Source of the DNA: Amoeboradix gromovi X-113
Taxonomy: Eukaryota > Fungi > Sanchytriomycota
DNA length: 5,610 nucleotides
Assembly: GCA_018985225.1 (NCBI GenBank)
Contig: JADGIF010000642.1
Coordinates: 1 to 5,610 of the forward strand
Direction: 5' to 3'
The translations under genes were made by a program, and so were the position numbers. Shown piece after piece: positions 1-5,610 of the stretch. Every line of letters begins with the position of its first letter. Within the stretch, counting starts at the first letter, position 1. Below the pieces are notes generated by a model. The model was not told the origin of the DNA and did not search any database. It saw nothing but the letters and a program-made list of their open reading frames with translations.

Positions 1-15
1 AGGGTATATTTTCAT

Positions 16-949
16 TTAAGAACTGTCCAGAAAGAAATGTCTTGCCCATAAATAGAGACCTTTCCTAATAAAGTTATGACCAAGAGAACGAGATGCAGGG
101 TCTTCTAGTTTTATTTTGAAGAGGGGATTGAAAGCAATGAAAGAAAATTGGTATAACAGAAGATCTTTTATTAATGATAGCATTTCCTCAGTATGGTGCA
201 CTTTTAAAAACGAGTTAGTCTAGTTTTTATATTTGGTGTCTCAGATGATACGCAATCGAATTGTATTCATTTTGATGATAACGAAATAAAAACTCCGTTA
301 TTTTAGGACGACTAGGTGACGCATCAAGGTATTTTGATTTCAATGTATCTGGAATATCGGGAGTATCTTCATTAATGGATTTTGATACAAAATAATAATG
401 TAAATCAACATCTGGGTATTCAGCCTCGACTTCATGCAACTGGGTATTTTGATTAGTGCTTTCTTTGCGTCTATACCATAATTCTCTAATCAAATAAGAA
501 TATTCTTTCAAACCGTTGACAGATTATTCACCTGCAAGAGGTGATTTGGTATACACTCCATTTTAATCCACTGGCATGACTTTTTCATGGTAAGAATCTT
601 TTTGCTTTTTAATCCAAACTCTTTTTTTTGCGAAATCCCGATTTGTCGTGTCAAGGTACGTTTCTTTAAGCTCCAAATACCCGTACATTTCAGACCACCC
701 ATCTGATAATGGATCATACCTATCTAGATAAAAACATAAGTCTGTCACAGTATGGCTTCCTAAGCTGTCCTGGCTTCCTTCGCGAAATCTTTTTGTAGTC
801 GTTTCTTCTTTTGAATCGTATGCGTTTGAGACATTATCAACTTTATCCCTTGAGGAGAATATAATATTTTCTTGTGTATTCGATAATGATTGGCTATCAT
901 TCAATTTGGTTTGATCCAACCATTTGCGTAAAATTTTAGAACCAAGCGT
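16..949 (-). pseudogene. Disrupted coding sequence of unknown function (probable pseudogene or gene with unresolved introns)
   Basis: Track ORFs 563..919 and 227..511 share one frame, open from 949 and interrupted only by TAA at 565-563 and 526-524. Further TAAs lie at 229-227 and 217-215. Protein-like sequence resumes in another frame (219-16). There is no in-frame ATG at the 5' end; the ATG at 923 is out of frame. Confidence 0.45.
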
Positions 950-1334
950 TTATTTTTAAAATTAAATTTATTTTCAAGGTAATTTCCTGCACAATAATCA
1001 TAATAAGAAATTGTCGATTTAACTGACTTTCAACGAACTTCGAAAGCCATAGACCAGCAGTGCTCATACATAAATCATTATCAGAAAGCTCCGATAACCA
1101 CATACCAGTAGCTATTCCAAGAGACAATGGAAGAGACAACTTTAGTCTTAATATTTGCTAATACATGGTGAATGACTAGGTTGGCCGAGAAAGATGATAG
1201 TAGAGCTATTTTGCCTGTTTTCCGGTGATGAAATATGTAGTGCTTGTCTGAAATTAGTTAGCGCACCTTTTATCTGATCAACTATGCACAGTATAATTGT
1301 TTCTGTCACGAGTTGTTAACAATAATTATCTTAT

Positions 1335-3317
1335 TTATTGGTTTAATTGAAAGTCTATCAATTTGAACTTTGGCTTGTTCTTTAACAACTGATCTAGTCG
1401 ATACGCACAGCTTATAAATGCTAGATGGGAAAACGCTTGTGGATAGTTACCCAATAGCAAGCCATCCTTGCTTACTTCTTCACTAAACAATCCTAATGGA
1501 CTGGCATATTGCATAACCTCTTCAAACCACCCTATCAAATTATTTACTAATTCCGGTTGAAATTCAGCTATTCTTATTGCGGTTTCTATTGTCCAGAATG
1601 TAGTCATCAGGAAAGCCCCTTCATCACCACCCAAGCCGTCATCTGTTTTGGTAACATCGTATCTGACTATAAGTCTATTTCTGGTTAAGCCTCCTTTATC
1701 AACTGGCTTTAAAATCTCTTTTACAGTTTTCAATACTCGAGGATCAGTTGCAGGACAAAAAAAGACCAGCGACATGATCATTGCAGATGCATCCAATACG
1801 TTGTTAGAATAACTTTGTGTGAAATACTTTCCATTGTATCCTTTTTCCATTATCTCCGTATACAGGTCATCCTTCACCTTTGTCCACTTTTGCCAATCTG
1901 GGCAAGGCAGATCTCTTTTGTCTTTTAACCTTAGTGCTCTGTCTATCGCTACCCAGCACATGATTTTGCTATACAAGAAATCTTGTACTTTTCCGCGTAC
2001 TTCCCAGATACTCATGTCCTTTTTATTATAATTTTCGATCACGTAATTCACTAAGTCGACGCAATTCAGCCACATATCATAACCAATTGGGGTACCAAAT
2101 TTATTAAAAAGATAAATAGCATCCATCAGTTCGCCATATATGTCCATTTGAACGTGGTTCCATGCTTCATTTCCAATCCTAACTGGAGAAGAATTGAAAT
2201 GGCCGCTAAGCAAAGGTAAAATGGTTTCCGGTATGTAGGGACAACCATGAATAGTATACATAATGTACAAACCACCATCTGCTTTACGATAGTTACAGAT
2301 GTGTCGAATAAACTGCAAGCACCTCATTGCTTCATCTAGAAGTCCTAAACGTATGAAAGAGTACATTGTGAAACTAGAATCACGTACCCATATGTACCTA
2401 TAATCCCAGTTGCGAACACCCTCGATCTCTTCCGGAAACGAGAAAGTCGGAGCAGCGATTAAGGCCCCAGTAGGGTAAAAGCTCAATAGCTTCAAAACCA
2501 GCGCACTTCGCTCTAGGTGCTCCTGCCATTTACCATTGTAAGTAATTTTGCTTATCCATCTGCGCCAAAAGTTATTGGTATCGGTATAAATTTGTAGAAG
2601 ATCAAGATGATTTAAAGATTTATTTTGATTTGTCATCACTACCCATAAAACCTCATCTTCTTGTAGCTCTACTTCACAGGATACGCCACAAACCAAATCT
2701 TGTTGCATGTAATCCCACTTGATGGATCTACTATTGTTGGGTGAATCAATGATTATTAAAAGATGAAATTCGTTACAAGCCTTGGGGTGACTTATGTATT
2801 CAAACTTAATTGACTCCGGTACATTATCAAGGTGACAGCTAATAGGTGATGTTTTAAAAGTAGCGCTATTATCTTTGACATGGGTGGTATGAGACTGCTG
2901 GGCATAATTAAAAGCAGGAACGCATTCAATATTTATTGATGCACTACCGCGAGTCACTTGAACTTGACGCAGAACTAGCCAGTCCTCATACTCTAATATT
3001 TTAGTTTGATTAATGACGTGTGAAGGAACTTGAAAACAATCTAATAGCTCCACAGCACATTGACTAGTCAACCATCTGCTGGCCAGTGTATTCGTGCCTG
3101 GTAAATAGCGTTGTTTAACAGTAAAATTCGTATCTGTTAGATCAGGATGCACTTTAAAATAGCCACCCTTGACGTCTAAGGAACGGCAAAAAATAGAGGG
3201 AGAGTCAAAGTATGGCGCACAAAACATATCGATACTGCCCTCATCATTTACCAGCGCACAGGTATGCAGATTTCCAATAATACCATATTTCTCAATGTTG
3301 TTAAAGTGTTGACGCAT
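1335..3317 (-). CDS. Glycoside hydrolase family 15 protein (intracellular trehalase/glucoamylase-like, six-hairpin fold), 660 aa
   Basis: Uninterrupted ATG-to-TAA ORF. GH15 motifs recognised by eye: N-terminal YGIIGNLHTCALV..GSID..CAPYFDSPSIF; RSALVLKLL..PTGALIAAPTFSFPE; RNWDYRYIWVRDSSFT; VRIGN.A..H.QMDIYGE; SIWEVRG (catalytic acid region); LFSEE..GNYPQAFSH (catalytic base region). No signal peptide. Substrate not determinable from sequence. Confidence 0.93.
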   Translation of the reverse strand: MRQHFNNIEKYGIIGNLHTCALVNDEGSIDMFCAPYFDSPSIFCRSLDVKGGYFKVHPDLTDTNFTVKQRYLPGTNTLASRWLTSQCAVELLDCFQVPSHVINQTKILEYEDWLVLRQVQVTRGSASINIECVPAFNYAQQSHTTHVKDNSATFKTSPISCHLDNVPESIKFEYISHPKACNEFHLLIIIDSPNNSRSIKWDYMQQDLVCGVSCEVELQEDEVLWVVMTNQNKSLNHLDLLQIYTDTNNFWRRWISKITYNGKWQEHLERSALVLKLLSFYPTGALIAAPTFSFPEEIEGVRNWDYRYIWVRDSSFTMYSFIRLGLLDEAMRCLQFIRHICNYRKADGGLYIMYTIHGCPYIPETILPLLSGHFNSSPVRIGNEAWNHVQMDIYGELMDAIYLFNKFGTPIGYDMWLNCVDLVNYVIENYNKKDMSIWEVRGKVQDFLYSKIMCWVAIDRALRLKDKRDLPCPDWQKWTKVKDDLYTEIMEKGYNGKYFTQSYSNNVLDASAMIMSLVFFCPATDPRVLKTVKEILKPVDKGGLTRNRLIVRYDVTKTDDGLGGDEGAFLMTTFWTIETAIRIAEFQPELVNNLIGWFEEVMQYASPLGLFSEEVSKDGLLLGNYPQAFSHLAFISCAYRLDQLLKNKPKFKLIDFQLNQ

Positions 3318-3395
3318 TAACCAGTCACGTGTATCACTCCAGTTTATAAAAAGGTTTATTTGACACTGATTACATCATTTTTCAACACCTAGGAG
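3318..3395. promoter_or_regulatory. Putative bidirectional promoter with palindromic TATA (TTTATAAA, 3343-3350) and GTCACGTG E-box (3324-3331)
   Basis: Only 78 bp separate the divergent ATGs at 3317 (-) and 3396 (+). TTTATAAA reads TATAAA on both strands. RTCACGTG is the Cbf1/bHLH-type motif. Function is inferred. Confidence 0.55.
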
Positions 3396-4236
3396 ATGAC
3401 AGAAGTGAATTACGCCGAAATTAAACGAGAAATTTATGAAATTATCAAAAAGAAGAAGTGCGCACCTATTTTAGTCAGACTAGCTTGGCATGATGCTGGA
3501 AACTACAGCAAATACGACAATACCGGAGGACCAAATGCATCAATGCAGTTTGCGGAAGGACCCCAGAAATGGGCTGCCAACAACGGCTTAAACATAGCCC
3601 GCGATTTGTTACAAGGAATTAAGGACAAGCACCCAAACATAAGCTACGCAGGTATTAGTTGCTAACTTAGATTTATGGGCATTGGCTGGTTCAGTAGCAA
3701 TCGAAGCAAGTAAAGGTCCTCAAATACCATTTAGTGCCGGTAGAAAAGACTGCGCTCTTGAGATTGCCAAAGCGTTACCAGATGGAAGATTACCTGGAGC
3801 CGACTTTGATGGTAAAGCATTGAGAGAAATCTTTTACAGAATGGGATTCAATGATCGAGAAATCGTTATTTTAAGTGGAGCACATGCTCTCGGTCGATGC
3901 CATCCAGAAAGAAGTGGATTTGAAGGACCATGGATGAAGGATCCATTTACTTTCACAAATGAATACTTTGGAGTAATTTTGCATGATGAATTTGCAAAAA
4001 GTAAAAGCAGCGTAGGTAACCCTCAATTCGAGAACAAATCAAAGCCTGGGTTAATGATGTTAATCACTGATTTGTTGCTACGAGATGATCCTGAATTTAA
4101 AAAATGGACAGTGAGATACGCAAATGACAAAGAGTTGTTTTTTGATGACTTCTCCAATACTTTTAAAAAGTTGGTTGAATTGGGATGGGAAGGCAAATTG
4201 AAAGATGTAAAATTGGAACCATTAGAAGTGAAGTAA
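3396..4236 (+). CDS. Class I heme peroxidase, ascorbate peroxidase / hybrid APx-CcP type; 2 exons (3396-3651, 3671-4236), 273 aa
   Basis: Distal triad in CAPILVRLAWHDAG (R28/W31/H32), TGGPNAS, ANNGL, GR.D, GRLP, proximal LSGAHALGRCH.ERSGFEGPW (H157, W173), FTNEYF, LMMLITD, FFDDF..F.KL.ELG. Removing 3652-3670 joins track ORFs 3396..3665 and 3682..4236 into 822 nt and restores ISYADLWALAG. Confidence 0.95.
3652..3670 (+). other. 19-nt spliceosomal (U2-type GT-AG) intron, phase 1
   Basis: Context GCAG|GTATTAGTTGCTAACTTAG|ATTTA. It has a GT donor after exonic CAG, a GCTAAC branch consensus and a TAG acceptor. It contains an in-frame TAA and is 3n+1 long. Excision restores the conserved S-Y-A-D-L-W exactly. 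Confidence 0.9.
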
Positions 4237-4250
4237 ATAAATTATTTATT
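4234..4250. terminator. Convergent stop/polyadenylation junction with AATAAA on both strands
   Basis: TAAATAA-A-TTATTTA (4234-4248) is a perfect inverted repeat holding both TAA stops. AATAAA occurs at 4236-4241 (+) and 4250-4245 (-). Confidence 0.5.
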
Positions 4251-4640
4251 TTTCATTTTGTTTATGAGGTATAAGACCACGTTTATGACAAAGAAACTAG
4301 CGGATATGTAAGACATGATGATTAAACTATCTAATGCACTTGGAGCCTGACAAGTTTGGCACCTTAAAGAATTGTTTTGCAGTATTATACATGCAGTAAA
4401 CAAGCTCACACATAATGTAAACCAGAACAAAACCGAGACCTTTAAGATGCCCTTATGGTTTTTATTTGTGAACTGTTTAATGCTGTCTCTTCTACTGCAT
4501 CTTTCTACTGTAAGAAATGAATCGAATGCTATAAAATGATTCTGGGATGGGGCTATTGACTCAGGGTCGGGGTCAATAGATTCCAAATCTGGATATGAAC
4601 ACATATAATTATAAGATTTTCCAAAATGCGGAGTGCTCAT
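4242..4640 (-). CDS. Hypothetical membrane protein, 132 aa, two C-terminal hydrophobic helices
   Basis: ATG-to-TAA ORF with a hydrophilic N-terminus, then ILKVSVLFWFTLCVSLFTACIIL and LIIMSYISASFFVINVVLYLI separated by a CxxC-containing loop, and a basic tail NKMKNK. Its stop lies 5 bp from the peroxidase stop. No family recognised. Confidence 0.65.
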   Translation of the reverse strand: MSTPHFGKSYNYMCSYPDLESIDPDPESIAPSQNHFIAFDSFLTVERCSRRDSIKQFTNKNHKGILKVSVLFWFTLCVSLFTACIILQNNSLRCQTCQAPSALDSLIIMSYISASFFVINVVLYLINKMKNK

Positions 4641-4655
4641 TGATTACTCGAGTCC

Positions 4656-4797
4656 GGATGCCTGTTTTATGTAAAATGGTTTCAACGTCGCTAGAGGGAG
4701 GCGACGGTCCTTAATCGTGTGATTTATCACTTTGTGTAGTCTGGGGAATAGACCAACTGAGCTAGGGTAGGCTGTGTGTAAGCACGCCAAAACTTTT
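4656..4797 (+). ncRNA. Candidate structured RNA of unknown family
   Basis: GC-rich island (71/150 G+C over 4641-4790 by hand count, with a much more AT-rich right flank). It has serial hairpins, a final GUAA-capped stem (4770-4788) and a TTTT tract (4794-4797). Manual folding only. Confidence 0.3.
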
Positions 4798-5056
4798 ATC
4801 AATGCTATTAATTCAGTATTCCTAGTATTGTTATGATCAACTCAATGAGATAGATTTAATGGCAATGACCGCGTTATTTAATTTTGGCGAGATTAAACAC
4901 TTTATGTTGCTGATAGTCAGCTTGATACATACTTAATTGCAACTTGAAAATATTAAATAATACTTACAGATAGATCACTAAAATGAAGAATAACTTTAAC
5001 ATCCAGATCATGTGCAAAGATGATTTTGATCATAAGAAATATTTACTTTATATTGC

Positions 5057-5350
5057 TTAATACAGGTACAATGGACAATAACCGCAGTGGTAGAATGTGG
5101 CAAAATCGGACGTGGCCATTGCAGTCGTACCAGTGGTTGAAGTCGTAGCGGAAACCTGCAACTTGCTCTTGTTGATGTAAAACCAGTCTCTACATCTACT
5201 GTATAATTTTTTGTCCACAGTATAAACTCTAAAAGCACAAATTGGCAACGGACGAAGTGGAAGTGGATCTACAGCGATGAAATCTGAAGTAATCTTTGGT
5301 AGAACTGCAGATTGGATAGTGGATAATAGAAACGCCAAATAAAACTTCAT
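5057..5350 (-). CDS. Hypothetical small secreted protein, 97 aa
   Basis: Signal-peptide-like MKFYLAFLLSTIQSA, Pro-rich segment, four Cys, Ser/Thr-rich linker SATTSTTGTTAMATS, and aromatic C-terminal CGYC. No family recognised. Confidence 0.55.
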   Translation of the reverse strand: MKFYLAFLLSTIQSAVLPKITSDFIAVDPLPLRPLPICAFRVYTVDKKLYSRCRDWFYINKSKLQVSATTSTTGTTAMATSDFATFYHCGYCPLYLY

Positions 5351-5470
5351 TGCGTAGTAAGTAGTTTATCCTTTTATGCTTAAGATCCAGCATTTTGATT
5401 TGACGCAAATTTTAATTTTTGATTAGGAAAATTAAAAATCTAACCAATCACGACAAGTAATATACTTTGT

Positions 5471-5610
5471 GTACTGATCCTCCTCGTTAAAATTCCTGAT
5501 TTCCGAGAAAATCGAGAATTTCCACAGAGAAACTAATGCTAGTTTCTCCGTTACAGTGATCGCTCACGCTTTCACTACCCTGAGGCGGGATTGAATAAGG
5601 ATGCATATAC
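5471..5610 (-). ncRNA. Candidate structured RNA of unknown family (may be truncated by the window edge)
   Basis: Three back-to-back hairpins (5578-5553, 5551-5524, 5522-5489) each gain G-U pairs only on the minus strand. One has a GUGA (GNRA) loop. A possible closing helix pairs 5610-5597 with 5482-5471. Manual folding only. Confidence 0.35.

Noticed and set aside
508-717. 69-aa minus-strand ORF
   Set aside because: Alternative frame overlapping the longer, more protein-like frame; no recognisable motif.
703-719. 17-nt GTATGATCCATTATCAG intron candidate (minus)
   Set aside because: No branch motif, and removal creates a TGA within a few codons.
1819-2031. 70-aa plus-strand ORF
   Set aside because: Antisense shadow wholly inside GH15, with a GTG start.
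3391-3395. AGGAG Shine-Dalgarno-like motif suggesting a prokaryotic source
   Set aside because: It has zero spacing to the ATG, and the gene carries a spliceosomal intron.
3396-4236. Two separate genes, a pseudogene, or a programmed frameshift (track ORFs 3396..3665 and 3682..4236)
   Set aside because: A simple frameshift would leave about 6 extra residues inside a conserved helix. Precise GT-AG excision restores the motif, and all catalytic residues are intact.
1335-4236. Genome-wide TAA/TAG-to-Gln reassignment (ciliate or Amoeboaphelidium protococcarum type)
   Set aside because: The 660-aa and 273-aa genes have many Gln codons and no internal TAR, and both end at TAA shortly after the conserved domain.
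4678-4772. tRNA on the minus strand (A-box TAGCTCAGTTGG, B-box-like GTTGAAACC)
   Set aside because: The D-stem does not close, there is no anticodon or acceptor stem, and GTTC is missing.
4960-4990. U1 snRNA 5' end (ATACTTAC...GATCAC)
   Set aside because: Lacks ACCTG and a stem-loop I of proper length; better read as the complement of a GTAAGT donor.
5008-5238. 76-aa minus-strand ORF
   Set aside because: Non-ATG start and an alternative frame of the signal-peptide ORF 5057..5350.
5524-5545. U6 snRNA (ACAGAGA box)
   Set aside because: Not followed by AGAUUAGC or the U6 internal stem-loop; the motif sits in a local hairpin.
1-5610. CRISPR array, rRNA, or intact transposon
   Set aside because: No periodic repeats, rRNA-like blocks, long terminal repeats, or transposase/RT motifs seen by eye.

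Overview
AT-rich, gene-dense eukaryotic DNA read in the standard genetic code; the organism is probably a genome-compacted fungus-like microbe, but that is inference only. The core is a divergent gene pair 78 bp apart: an uninterrupted intracellular GH15 glycoside hydrolase (1335-3317, -) and a class I heme peroxidase with hybrid ascorbate/cytochrome c peroxidase features (3396-4236, +). The peroxidase appears as two ORFs in the track but is one gene split by a 19-nt GT-AG spliceosomal intron (3652-3670, GTATTAGTTGCTAACTTAG) with a fungal-type GCTAAC branch site. This intron is the best-supported unusual feature. To the right are a convergent two-TM orphan protein (stops 5 bp apart), a small secreted orphan protein, and two hairpin-rich intergenic islands that may be unannotated structured RNAs. 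To the left is one long minus-strand frame broken by in-frame TAA codons and a frameshift (pseudogene or unresolved micro-introns). Several more 18-25 nt intron-like motifs occur but are unproven.
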